A stretch of 64,000 bases of DNA from the human T2T-CHM13v2.0 reference genome, Homo sapiens. The DNA is taken from assembly GCF_009914755.1 (NCBI RefSeq), contig NC_060925.1; one strand, given 5' to 3'. This document shows, one piece after another, positions 1 to 12,960 of this stretch. The stretch's first letter is position 1, and the number at the start of each line of letters is the position of its first letter. The position numbers and the translations under genes were made by a program. Under the pieces are notes generated by a model. That model saw only the letters and a list, made by a program, of their open reading frames with translations. It was not told where the DNA came from and did not search any database.

Positions 1-279
1 TCTGTTTATAATTTCATTCTATTGTGGCCTGAGAATATACTTTGTATGATTTCAGGGTTTTAAAAAAATGTATTGAGACTTATTTTATGGTCTAACATAT
101 GGTTTCTCCTGGATAATGCTCTGCTGCACTTGAGGAGATTGTATGTTCTGCCGTTGTTGGGTGGAGTGCTCAGTAGATGTCTATTAGGTCTTGTTGGTTT
201 ATGTAAGTGTTCAAGTATTCTATTTCCTTGTTGGTTTTCTTTCTGCTTGTTCTATCCGTTATTGAAAGTGGGGTATTCA

Positions 280-572
<293 letters not shown>

Positions 573-709
573 TCAAATATCTATTATCATTGAATTGTGC
601 CTATTTTGCTCTTTAATTCTATAGTTTTTGCTACAGTAGCTAAGTTTATTGGTGTTTATGATTGTTATCTCCACTTGATGAGTTGATTTTTATTATTATA
701 AAGGGTCCC

Positions 710-1540
710 TGTGGCATAATAAGAAAGATGTTTAGCCTTTGTCCCCAGTTTCTGGCACAGAGCTTCTAAGACTCTTGGAATTCTTTAAGCGATATGGATT
801 TTGAACTGTCTTTTGTTCTAATGAGGTGACTCTTCTTGGAAGGCCACTAGATAGCTTCAGGAAGGGAGCTGGTCTCCAGAAAAGCCAAGTTTTAGAAGTT
901 TCAGCCCCATACTCCAAACTCCAGGGAGAAAAGAAGGACTAGAGACTGAGTTAATCATCAATAGCAATTTAATCACAGACTATGATTTAATCAGTCGTGC
1001 CTATGTAATGAAACCTCCATAAGCTATTCTAAATGATGAGGTTCAGAGAGTTTCCAGATTAGTGAACACATCAAGAAGCTGAGAAATTTGCATGCCCAGT
1101 GTGGCATGGAAGCTCTGTGCCTCCCCTCTCCATACCCTGTCCTGTGTTTCTCTTTCATGCCTCAAAAAGTTGTATTCTTTGTTCCGATGTGTCTCCTTTG
1201 TAATAATTGGTGAATAGCAAGTAAAAACACTTTACTGAGTTCTGTGAGTTGTTCTGGCAAATTATCAAAACTGAGCTGAATGTGAGGCCATGGGGGAGGT
1301 CATGAGGAACCCCAGATTTGTAGCCATGTCAGAAAGAAGTCTGGGTAATCTGAGGATCTATGGCTAGTGTCTAAAGTGAGGGCAGTTTTGTGGGACTGAG
1401 CTCTCAAACCTGTGAAGTCTAATGCTAATTCTGTGCAGTTGGTGTCAGAACTAAATTGAATTATAGGACACTTAGTTGTTTGAGAGTTGAAGAAGTGTTA
1501 TTGCAAAAGACTACATATCTGGTGTCAGGAGGAAGAAAGT
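710..1540 (+). mobile_element. MER21-family solo LTR
   Basis: Starts tgtggc. Contains tttgtccccagtttctggcacagagcttctaagactcttggaa, ctatgtaatgaaacctccataa and ctgagttctgtgagttgttct, typical of MER21B/C. Confidence 0.75.
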
Positions 1541-2307
1541 CTTCAGTAACAATTTTTTCTTAAAGTCTATTTTGTTTGGATTAGCTCAGTCACTCTACTC
1601 TCTTTTGATTACTTGTTGTATGATACATCTTTTTCGAGTCTTTTACTTTCAACCTATTTGTGTCTCTGAATCTGAAGTGTTTTTCTCTAGACAACAAATA
1701 GTTGAATCATTTAAAAATTTGTTCTGCCAATCTCTTTCAATCTCTTTTAAGTGCTTAATGCATTTATATTTTATATAATTATTATACTTATTAATTATGA
1801 TTAATGCATTATAGTTTATATAGTTACTGGTAAAGGATTTAAATCTGACAGTCTTCATTTTCTACATGTCTTTTTTTGTTTGTTACTCCATTACTGTCTT
1901 CTTTTCTATTAACTAGATACTTTCTAGTGTACCATTTTAATTCCCTTATCAATGTTTACTATTTTTTTGAGTTATTCTCTTAGTGGTTGTCCTGGGGATT
2001 ACAACGAACATATTCTTTTTAATAATTTAGTTTGGATTAATACCAATTTAGTTGAGACAGTATATAATATATATAGCTCCAATCTCTCCTTGTTCCTTTG
2101 TGATGTTATTGTTCTACAATTTGTATTTTTATGTATTATTTGACTGTCAGTGTAGATTTATAATTATTTCTTTATGCAATTGACTTTTAAGTCAAATGGA
2201 AGAAAAAAGAGCTACAAACAAAAGATAGACTTATACTGTGTTTTATATTTGCTTATGTAGTTACCTTACTAGTATTTTATTTCTGCATGTGGATTAAAAC
2301 TACTGTC

Positions 2308-2643
<336 letters not shown>

Positions 2644-3312
2644 TCAGCCTAAAGGAAACACTTCAGTGTTTTTTGGTAGGGCAGGTGTGCTAATAATAAA
2701 TTCTCTTGTTTTTATTTATTTACAAATGTTTTAATTTCTCCTGCATTTTTGAAAAACACCTTTACTGGTCTGCTGGATATAGAGTTCCTGTTTAATAGTT
2801 TTGTCTTTTTTTTTTTTTTAAATCTGTCAGCACTTTGAATATGTCATCTCATTGCCTTCTATTCCCCATTGTTTCTGATGAGAAATCAGTTGTTAATCTT
2901 ATTGAGAATCTCTTGTGTATGTGAAAAGTCACTTCTCTCTTGCTGCTTTCAAAATTATTTCAGTCATTTGACAGTTTGATTATGACATATGGATTCCTTG
3001 ATGTTTATCTTATTTGGAGTATGTTGAGTTTCTTGGATGTGTAGATTAATGGTTTTCATCAAAATCTGGGAAGTTTTCAGCCATTATTTCTTCAGATATC
3101 CTTTCTTTCCTTTTTTCGTTCTGCTCTTCTTTTGTGTATGTCAATGAACTTGATGCTATCCCACAGGTTTCTTAGACTGTTCATTTTCCTTATTCTTTTT
3201 TTCCTGTTCTTCAGACTGGTTAATCTCAATTGACCCATCTTCAAGTTAATTGTTTTTTTGTTTTTTTTTCTTCTGGCTGCTCAGATTTGCTGTTGAGCCC
3301 ATGTAGTAGATG

Positions 3313-3619
3313 TTTCTTTCTTCTTCTTTTTTTTGAGACAGAGTCTCACTGTCACACAGGCTGGAGTACAGTGGCAGGTGTGATCTTGGCCCACTGCAAT
3401 CTCCACCTCCCATGTTCAAGCAATTCTTCTGCCTCAGCTTTTTGAGTAGCTGGGATTATAGGCTCCTGCCACCACACCTGGCTAATTTTTGTATTTTTAG
3501 TAGAGACAGGGTTTCACTGTGTTGGCCAGGCTGGTCTGGAACTCCTGATCTCAAGTGATCCACCTGCCTCAGGCTCCCAAAATGCTGGGATTATAGGCGT
3601 GAACTCTCTGTGCCCCGCC
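3313..3619 (-). mobile_element. AluS (Sz/Sx-like)
   Basis: Poly(T) followed by a full antisense Alu dimer. Confidence 0.92.
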
Positions 3620-5084
3620 AATTTTTCATTTCCGTTATTATACTTCTCAACCTCAGAAGTACTATTGGTTCTTTTTAATAATTTCTGTCTCTTTTGACAT
3701 TGTCTACTTGATGAGACACCATTCTCTTGCTTTTCATTAGTTCTTTAGACATGGGTTCCTTTAGTTTCTTGGAAATATTTAAAATAACTGATTTAAAGTC
3801 TTTGTCTAGTAAATGCAATGTCTAGATTTCCTCAGAGATAATTTCTATTGATTGCTTTTTTCTTATTTATTGGTCATGTTTTCATGTTTCCTTGTATGCC
3901 TTATACCTCTTACTGTTGAAAATTAGGTATCTTACATAATATGATGTGGTAAAACTGTGGAAATCAGATCCCTGCCTCCTGGCATACACAGGATTTTAAA
4001 AAATTGCTGCTGTTTGTTCTAGAAGTTGTTTTTTGTTTACTAACTTTTCACAACGAATTCTGTAAAGTCTGTATTCTTCACTGTGTGGCCACTGAATCTC
4101 TGCTTGGTTTAGTGGTCACCTGATGACTAGGCAGGAATTTTCTTAAACAGGCAAAACCAGTCTTCCAGTTTCTATGAAAGGGCTCTGTTTGCGTGTTGGA
4201 TCATGCTTTCAACACTCAGGTAGATAGCTGGCAACTCAGCTTAGCCTTCATGTCCTGCTTGCTCAGAGCGAAAGTGAGAGCTTAAGGCCTTATCAAGTCT
4301 TTCATGAACATGCCCACAACCCTGGGTATGTGCGTGGTCCTACACACACATGTGCCCTTCTATATTCCCAAGAACATGTCATCAGAGACTTTCAAAGCTT
4401 CCATGGACATCTTACTTCCCAACTTTTCCTTTGGAGATTCTCAGTTAGTCTACTGTTTGCTCCAATTATTATCCACTGCCCTAGGGAGCTGCAAGTTAAA
4501 TAATTACCTATAATTGTTTCTAACCAAGGAGCCCAGGGAAAAGGCTTTTTATACAGGACAGCTCTGAGTGATGCCAAATACAGACAGCTTTACAAGTGGG
4601 GTCCTCCAGGGAACCACTGGATAAGTTAAATAATGACAATTCTCTGGGAATGAGACGTTGGGGTCACTCCAGCTCTATGCTGCTTCCTCCAGTGGGTTCC
4701 AGGCTGCCAGTTTTCACTGTAAATGCAGGCTGCTAGTTTTCACGGCTACTGTGAAGCTGGAGATAGGGGAATGAGACTAAGGAAAGTTAAAAATGTCAAA
4801 AAGCTTATTGTTCTTACTGAGATTTTGTTGCTTTTCTGAAATAAATGCTTCCTGGATTGCTGCAAGCCTTTGGTTAGTTTCCAAAGTTCTGAAAAAGGTG
4901 ATTCTGACAATTTTGCAAGTTTTTACATTGCTGTTTTGGAGAAGAGAATTTGTGAAGGTGCTTATGTTACCATTTTCTCTGATGGCCCTCTCCTGTTTTT
5001 AGTTTTCAAAATAGTGTCCTTATAGGCAGGGTCATCTATTTCCTCTGCTCTTTATTCCCACCTGTAACCAGAAGGCAGATATCA

Positions 5085-5308
5085 CTGGGAGCAGGTGCAA
5101 TCATCTTACATTATGAGATGAAAATTGCACGATGGGGATGGTAAGATAACAAGTTACAAGGAACTCAAGTCTGATGATCACTGAGCCATCACACCATCCT
5201 TGGACCACCTACCTGAACTTCTACATGAGAATTAGGAGTGTTTGCCATTTAAGCCACTGTTATGTTAGGTTTTCTGTCACACTGCACAACCCAAATCCTA
5301 ATAATGCA
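5085..5308 (+). mobile_element. MLT1-family MaLR LTR, 3' part
   Basis: MLT1-type terminus tttaagccactgttatgttaggttttctgtcac...aatcctaataatgca. Confidence 0.55.
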
Positions 5309-6289
5309 CTAGTGAAGTAGATAAGGCAGATTTGTTACTGTGCTTTATTTTTCTTAATGTGAAGAAATTAAAGCTGAAAAGTATTCACTGACATTCTCAA
5401 GGATAAACAGCTATTATGAAATGGTTGAGTCAAAGTCCATATCCAGGGGTTCTCATATCATAGCTCATCCTCTCTCCCCTTTCATAATATCTCTCTGATG
5501 ATGTGCATGTTACTAGTTTTCCAGCAGCTAAATATCTCATTAAGGGCCATTCTCCCATAGAAGATGTTGGAGGAGGATGGCCTATGTATTATGATCTGAG
5601 GGGCAGTGGATGAGCTTCTGAAGTCCAGAAATATCTAATCCACAGCTTTGTAATGGGAGAAGGGAAATAGCTAAGGAGAATTCAGAGAATAGAAGCAGCC
5701 CTTCTTTCTTCAAGGACATTTGAGATACATTCAGTTGAAGTCTTGTGCAGAAGACATGAGATTGTTCACTTGTTTACAACAAGAATAGTATTGGGGTGCA
5801 GAAATAGAGAAAGGAATTAGAATTGGAGAAGCTGTCACAGAGGTGATCAAAATGAAATGCAAGGAAACTTTAAGGGGAATGAACAGAAAGGAGAGAGGAG
5901 AAATTAACAGAGTTATGGCTGAGACCCAGCAGAATAAGAAATGAAGGAGGGGAAAATTTTAGACTTTGTTCTTTTTGGATGATAGCTTTTTTTGGTAACG
6001 TTTATTTTAGGTTCAGGGGTACATGGTACCTACATATGTACCCCGGAACCTAAAATAAAGGTTACCATGAAAAGCTAGCATCGAAACAAAGATTACCTTT
6101 GTTATATAGGTAAACTGCATATCATGGAGGTTTGATGTATAAATTAATTCATTACCTAGGTAATAAGCATACTACCGAATAGGTATTTTTTCTGATTCTC
6201 TCCCTCCTCTCAGCATCCACCTTCAAGTAGGCCCCAGTGTCTGTTGATCCACTCTTTGTGTCCATGTGTTCTTCCTGTTTAGCTCCCAT

Positions 6290-6690
6290 TTATAAGTGAG
6301 AACATGCAATATTTGGTTTTCTATTCCTATATTACTTTTCTTAGGATGATGGCCTCCATCTCCATCCATGTTACTGCAAAGGACATGATCTCATTCTTTT
6401 TTATGGCTGTGTAGTATTCCATGGTGTATATGTACCACAGTTTCTTTATTCAGTCTGCTATTGGTGGGCATTTAGGTTGGTTCCATGTCTTTTCTATTGT
6501 GAATAGTGCTGCCATGAACATACACATGCATGTGTTTTATGTCACTGCATGTGAGATGGATCTCTTGTAGAGAGTATAATCTTGAGTCTTGCTCCTTTAT
6601 CCACCTTTCCACTCCGTGCCTTTTAATTGGGACATTTAGCCCATTTACATTCAAGGTTAGTGTTGATATGTGTGAATTTGATCTTGTCAT
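6290..6690 (-). pseudogene. L1 ORF2p remnant: first ~50 codons fused to the C-terminal ~85 codons
   Basis: MTRSNSHISTLTLNVNGLN...LQEIHLTCSD (EN N-terminus) joins at about 6541 to ataaaacacatgcatgtgtatgttcatggcagcactattcacaat, the KDTCTRMFIAALFTIA region. Confidence 0.82.
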
Positions 6691-6754
6691 CTTGTTGTTA
6701 GCTGGTTATTATGCAGACCTGTATGTGTGGTTGCTTTATAGTGTCACTGATCTA

Positions 6755-7769
6755 TGTAAGTGTGCTTTTGTAGTGGCTGGTAACAGTTTTTCCTTTTCAT
6801 ATTTAGCACTCCTTTCAGAACCTCTTATAAGGCATGTCTGGTGGTAACAAATTCCCTTAGCAATTGCTTGTCCGAAAGGGATCTTATTTCTCCATCAGTT
6901 ATGGAGTTTAGATTGGCTAGATATGAAATTCTTGGTTGGAAATTCTTTCCTTTAAGTATGTTGAATATAGGTTCTTGATCTCTTCTGGCTTAGGGTTTCT
7001 GCTGAAAGGTTTGCTGTTAGCTTGATGGACTTCCCTTTGTTGGTGTCCTGTCCACCTTCTCTCTAGCTGCCTTTAATATTTTTTCTTTCATTTTGAGCTT
7101 GGATAATCTTATAATTATGTGTCTTGGGGTTGGTTTCTTTGTGCAGTGTCTCACAGGGGTTCTCTGCATTTCCTGAGTTTGAATGTTGGGCTCTCTAGTA
7201 AGGGTTGGGAAGTTTTTATGAATGATATCCTGAAAAATGTTTTCCAAGTTACTTGCTTTCTCCCTATCTCTTTCAGGGATGTCAGTGAGTCATATGTTTG
7301 GTCTCTTTACGTAATCCCACGTTTCTCAGAGGTTTTGTTCATTCTTTTTTATTCTTTTTTCTTTATTTTTGTCTGACTGACAAAAATATTTCAGACAGCC
7401 AGTTTTTGAGCACTGAGATTCTTTCCTCAGCTTGGTCTATTCTGCTGTTAATGATTGTTATTGCATAATGAAATTTTTGTAGTGTGTTTTTCAGCTCTAT
7501 CAGATCAGTTTGGTTCTTTTTATAATGGCCGTTTCATCTATCAGCTCCTGTATCATTTTATTATAATCCTTAGATTCTTTGGATTGGGTTTTGACTTTCT
7601 CCTGAATCTTGATGCTCTTTATTCGTGTCTGTGTTCTGGATTGTATTTCTGTAATTTCAGCCATTTCAGCGCAGTTAAGAACTATTCCTGGGGAACTAGT
7701 GTGGTTGTTTGGAGGAAAGAAAACACTGGGTTTTGAGCTGGCAGAATTCTTGAGCAGGTTCTTTCTCAT
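6755..7769 (-). pseudogene. Disrupted L1 ORF1p
   Basis: ORF-track peptides MRKNLLKNS...KMIQELIDE (7500-7769) and ENIFQDIIHKNFPTL...PRHIIIRLSK..KEKILKAAREK (7017-7247) match L1 ORF1p; broken by stops and frameshifts. Confidence 0.85.
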
Positions 7770-8853
7770 CTGTGTGGGCTGGTGTTCCCTTAACTGTGGT
7801 ATAAATTGAGTACAGTCAGTAGACTTCTATTCTGGATGTTTTTAGAGGGCCATGGCTTTGTGCAGGGCCTTTATGTGTTGCTGAATTCTTGTTCTTGGTT
7901 TCACAGGGGGTGTTTGTTAGTGAAGTGTTTCTGGTGTTAAAGTTTGGGCTGTGATCCAGTAGGTAGGCTGTTGTTCAGCCATGTGGCTCCCCTGTATTTC
8001 CTCACAATTGCAGCCACGATCCCTCTCAGTGCTGTGAATGTGTGGGTTCCTCTCCCACTCGAGTGCTGGCTGAAGATCTTGGCTTGGCACTCCTGGGCTG
8101 CCCACTGAAGCTCTGGGGAGAGCTCAGGCTTTATGTTCCCTCCGCAGTTTGGAGGCAGCAGCTCCCTTGCTAAGGAAGGGGCCTTGACAGTGACTGTGGC
8201 AGAGGACCTTTCACTTGTTTCTTGGGACTCCACCCCAGAGAGATGTGGATCTGCCATCAATCAGTGGAATTGGCTCGGGATGGGGAGCTGCCCTGTGGGC
8301 CCAAATGGCGAGGGATGGGGGCCCTGACAAGTGGGGTGGTGGGGGTGAGGTTGGTGGTGGAGGTATCACGTGGGAGACAGACTATCCTTTTCTCCTTAGG
8401 GCAACTGCAGCTTGCTAAAAGTGTGGTTCAAGCACTCAGGGTCTTTGCTCCTTCCCTAGCCCAAGGGCAGCAAGGGTAGTACCTCTGCAGTGGCAGTGGC
8501 AGAGGGGATTTCAGTTGCCTCTGGGAGCTCCACCTCAGAGAAAGGAAGAGTTGATGCTACTGGGAATGTTCAGCCAGGGAGTGGGATGGCTGTGCTGCTG
8601 GCCTGAGCCTGGGGCTCTGCTTGTTGAGGAGAAGGAGGTCCAGGGCTCACAGGGAGGAGAGACTGGGCTCCTGCTCGTATGGTGACTGTGGTATGCTGGA
8701 AGCACAGGTGAGGCTCTCAGGCCCTTTGTTTCTTCCCCAGGGGCAGAGTCACTGCTGTGGCAGTGGCAGAGGGCCTGTCAGTAACCCCTGGGAGCCCCTT
8801 CCCAGGGAAACTCAGAGCCACTACCAATGGGTCTGCTCAGCCTTGGGTGGGGT

Positions 8854-9545
8854 TGTTCCCTGAACCAAGCCGGGTCCGGCTGTGTTTTCTCAAGGCCCAA
8901 TAACAAGAAGCAGACAAACTAGGAAAGAAGGGAATTTATTACTGTAACCGGATACAGGGAGAAGGCCAGAGATAATTCCACCAGAACAACCCAAAGCGTT
9001 ACAACTTTCTTAGTGCTTATATAGGTTGGGGTTTGTGCCTACGTGCAGTACAGCATTTGCCTAAGTCTACTGGTAACTAATTTTGTTTCAACTAGAAGTA
9101 CAGAGGAAAAAAAAATGCTTGCTAAATCCAATTAAAAGGGCCCCAGTACCTCAAGGCCTGTCTACTCTGGTACCAGAGTGATTATTTCTATCTTATCTCC
9201 TTTATAGCTTGGTCTGGAGAGCTGCCTTAGGCTCTCCAATGAATCTATTCAGACAGCTGTCTCTGTTCCCTTGATTTGTCTCAGATTTTGTCAACCTGGG
9301 ATGGGTCCTGGCACTAGGAATGTAAGGCTGTCTCTATAAGTTTGGCTTGCTCCACAAGGGAGAAGCCCATGCAAGGGTCCTATGTCGACCATACGTTTTA
9401 TTTCTAGCTTTGATGTTTGGGCAACGAATTCTCTAGGTTTAAATATTTGCTCAATGTTAAGGCAGCGCTGTGGAAATTTGTCTGTGTAGCTGGGGTGCTA
9501 TGCAGGCCTGTCTGTGTGATTGTCAGGGAGAATTGGCCTGCCACA
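8854..9545 (-). mobile_element. ERV1 solo LTR (MER50-like) inserted in the L1 5'UTR
   Basis: TG...CA termini; minus strand starts TGTGGCAGGCCAATTCTCCCTGACAATCACACAGACAGGCC; AATAAA near 8940; perfect 4-bp TSD GGGT at 8850-8853 and 9546-9549. Confidence 0.8.
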
Positions 9546-9769
9546 GGGTGGCTGATCTGTGATCCTGAGCTGGGGGCCCTGCCTGGTGAAGAGTGGCAGG
9601 GTGGAAGCTCACAGGGAAGAGAAACTGTGGTATGGTGGCTGTGGTGTGCTAGAGCTGCCAGCATAGCGACTAGACCCTTTGTTGCTTCCCCAGTCCAGAG
9701 TGATTAGGGTGGTATCACTGCAGCTGCACCGGCAATGGGGGCTGTCGGTTGTCTCTGGGATTTCCTCCT

Positions 9770-10400
9770 CAGAGAACTGCAGAGCCACCTCTGACTGAAG
9801 TGTTCAGGCAGGAGAAGGGTAGTTGTGCTGCAGTTCCTGGTTGGGAGGCCCTGCCCAGTAAGGAGAAGTGAAAATGGAGACCTGCATGGAGAACAGTCAG
9901 GCCAGTTTTCCACGGGGCGGCTGCACTGTACTGGGAATTTGTGCCAGTCCGCAATCACCACACAAACTCCAGAGCCTGAGGGTAACAGCAGCGAGGGCTG
10001 CAAAGCAGCAAAGATGGTGGCCTGCCTCTGCCTCTGGGAGCCCCTCCAAGGAAGTGCAGAGCTGCTACCAGCCCACAGCCCAGGAAGGGGATGGCTGGAG
10101 TCCAAAGTCGGGAAGTCCTGTCCAGTGAGGAGAAGCAAGATTGGAAACCCATGTATAAAACAGTCTAGCCACTTTTCCATGAGGCATCTACACTGCGCTG
10201 GAGATCTGTGCCAGTCCCTATTCAGCCATACCCTCCAGAGCCTGAGGGCAACAGTGGTGAGATGAGGGCTGCAAGACAGCAAAAATGATGGCCTGCCTCT
10301 CCCTCTGGAAGCTCTCTCCCAGAGAAGTGCAGAGCTGCTACTGGCCCAAGAGCCCGTTTGTGGGGTGGCTGGAGTCCCAGGCCAGTGGGCCTTATCATAT
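9770..10400. repeat. ~270-bp tandem unit within the L1 5'UTR
   Basis: gggaggccctgcccagtaaggagaag (~9843) recurs as gggaagtcctgtccagtgaggagaag (~10110); ctccagagcctgaggg and gaagtgcagagctgctac also recur at about 270-bp spacing. Confidence 0.8.
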
Positions 10401-11989
10401 CAGGTGCAGTCGAGGCAAGGCCTGCAGTCCATTACTGCTTAGCCCCCTGGATTCCCCTTTCCTGGGAGTGTGCAAGGCAGACTGACCTCCTGTTGCCAGA
10501 GCTGCAGCCACTAATGCCAGGATGCCTGGGGATCCAAGGCTCCTGGGACTCTGCATGTGCCTGAGTGGTGGATCTGCCCAGAATCTGCATAGCTCTCCAT
10601 GTCAGTCTGAAGGCCCTGGTGGGGTGGGCTCATAAAAGGATCTCCTGATCCCAGGGTTGCAAAGGTCCAGAGCAGGAGTATGGGTCCCTGGGGGCTCTCA
10701 CTCACTGTTTTCTCACAGTGCGGGAGACTCCCCTGGCTCATGCCGCTCCTTGGTGGACAATAGTCCTGTCTTGCTCCTCTTGATCTCTGTAGGTTGAATT
10801 GATTCCTTGATGAATCCCAATGTGTCCACTGGATGTTCCAGTTGAAGATCTAGTATTTACTCTGCACTCCTTTTTCTCTCTGTGAGAGCAGCACACATGA
10901 TTTGTTTCTAGTCAGCCATCCTGGCCCCTCCCCTGCTATCATTTTTTCTTTTAGCCAAGAAAGAATTTAACTTTAAATTATGATTTCAAACTCTAAATTC
11001 TGTCTAGGAACTTAATAGGAAAAGACTCACATTATATTATTTGGGATGCTGTGTAACATCCTCTGTTGAAAAATTGTATAAACTCAAGAGCTCTGGAGCC
11101 AGAGTTACCATGTTCAAATTTTTGCTCAACCACTTCTAAGCAAGTCAGGGAAGAGAGGGCCTAGGGCCCCAGCCAAGGAGGTGGTTATAGGAAGGTCGGC
11201 ATCTTATGCCAGGGGAAAGGTTACAAGCTATAAAACAAGAGCAGAAAACATTCAATGCTATTTCTAGAGGAGTTGCGCAGGTAGGTATCTTCAAATATGC
11301 AGAGTGGTCAGTATGTAAACAGCGGCCACGTAAGGTGTCGGAGGGCATGAGAGCAGCTTCTGTATGTCTCTCTTGGACCTTCAGCTTTGACCAGTAATCC
11401 TTTGCATTTGTGGCCTAGGTCCAACCCTAAAGGGATCTCTCATGCTGAATTAAAAGACCAATAGGCAATGTAGATTTTTTTGATCAATAATAAGGAAATA
11501 AAACAATTGATAACACACATTGTCTTACAGATATGATTTTTCAAGACAGTGTCCACTTTATAGAGAGAAAAGACTTTTAAGGGATTCTTGGTGATAACAG
11601 ATTGGGAACCAAAGTATGAACTAATGATCTCTAAGATCTTTCCAATTTTAACATTCTATAAACTAAAAAAAAAGTTTCTTACGACCTTCTTATTAAGGCA
11701 TGAAGTAATCCACACGTTATTTCTTATTTGGAATTCTGAAAAGTAGTCAATAACAGTGTCCCATCATTATTAACATTATTATTATATTTAAAGGTCATAT
11801 AGTGAAATAGTATTCTGAAATATCATGTGTTTTTCTTCCTCCCAATATTTTCAGTTATTTTATAATCCCTCCCTTATTTAGGTGGCTAGATCATAGACAT
11901 TAACACATACTACACTCGAAGCAGAGAAAAGCCTTGAATTTCAGAAGCCCAGGCTCTGAGAAGATACATAGCACAGAAAATGTGAGATG

Positions 11990-12760
11990 AATCAGATCTA
12001 TTTTTCATGCCCCCAAACTATTTACAGCTTATCAGAATAAAGAAGACAGTGGGCTGCATGAAGGAGGTGACAGTCACAGAGGAAGCTCGAAAGGTCACTA
12101 TGTTGGTGAATTGGAGCACCTAACTGCAGACAGGACCCACAGCTCCATTCTTGAATGCAGGCCAGTGAAACAAGACTCTCGCATGGAAAGACGTGTAGAA
12201 TGTCTAGTGTGAGAGGCCTGAGAGGCTCTGAAAACTGCTACTGCTCATCATGATGTGGGGGCAGAAAATTGAGCCAGAGAGAAACTGGAATTTGATGCAG
12301 GACTATGGTAGTCCCATGTGGTTTCTATAGCTCATGGGCCATGAGGCCAACAGCACATTCACTCCAGAGCGGGACACTGGGATTATCTGAGAGGGCCCTG
12401 GTCACCAAGGATCGTGGATGGAGAAGGAGGGTTGATGCAGCAGGGACCTGCACTAAACCAAAGACTGGTTAGGCACAAAACCAACAAACATGTACCTGTT
12501 CAGGTGGGTAACAGCCCTCTTTGCCTCCCCTAGGCCCCACTGACCTTGTCCCTGAACCCATTGTTTAGCTTTGCATAATCTGTCCTCCGAAATCAGGAAA
12601 ACCCTGAGGAAGTTGGGGGATGGGGCTGATAACCAAATTGATTAAGTTTCTGCCTCTCAGCAGATTAAAGATGTACAAGTAGATTTTGAATTGAGTTATA
12701 GAAAAATAAGTTTGCATTTAAATACTTTTCAGTTTGCCGGTTAAAATTCTTATCTGCTAT
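11990..12760 (+). mobile_element. Ancient LTR (LTR78-like)
   Basis: 3' end gattaagtttctgcc...gagttatagaaaaataagtttgcattt...aaattcttatctgctata resembles the LTR78 terminus; 5' boundary uncertain. Confidence 0.5.
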
Positions 12761-12819
12761 AGTTAATACCTTTAACTAAATTATTTAGAATCTTCCCAAA
12801 GATCCTGCTGGATTTCTTT

Positions 12820-12960
12820 CATCCCCACATCACAGATGAGAAATTGTGACCAAGAAATTATGTAACTTACCCAAAGGCACATAACTGGCAAATGGAAGGA
12901 GGGGAATTTGTTGTTTTGCCGATAAAGTCTCTGCTCTTTCTAGAAACCACACAGCTTTGA
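12820..12960 (-). mobile_element. MIR
   Basis: MIR core acagatgagaaattg...gtaacttacccaaaggcacataactggcaaatgg. Confidence 0.6.

Larger units (their letters stand above)
5987..10934 (-). mobile_element. Primate L1 (L1PA13-16/L1PREC2-like) with both ends, long repeated 5'UTR, ORF1 and an internally deleted ORF2
   Basis: 5' start GGGGAGGGGCCAGGATGGCTGACTAG on the minus strand near 10934; ORF1 and ORF2-start peptides; L1PA 3'UTR ending gtacccctgaacctaaaataaa near 6000. Confidence 0.88.

Noticed and set aside
9704-10282. Longest ORF (192 aa) and the overlapping 146 aa ORF with an internal repeat
   Set aside because: They lie in the GC-rich tandemly repeated L1 5'UTR; openness reflects low stop frequency and there is no recognisable domain.
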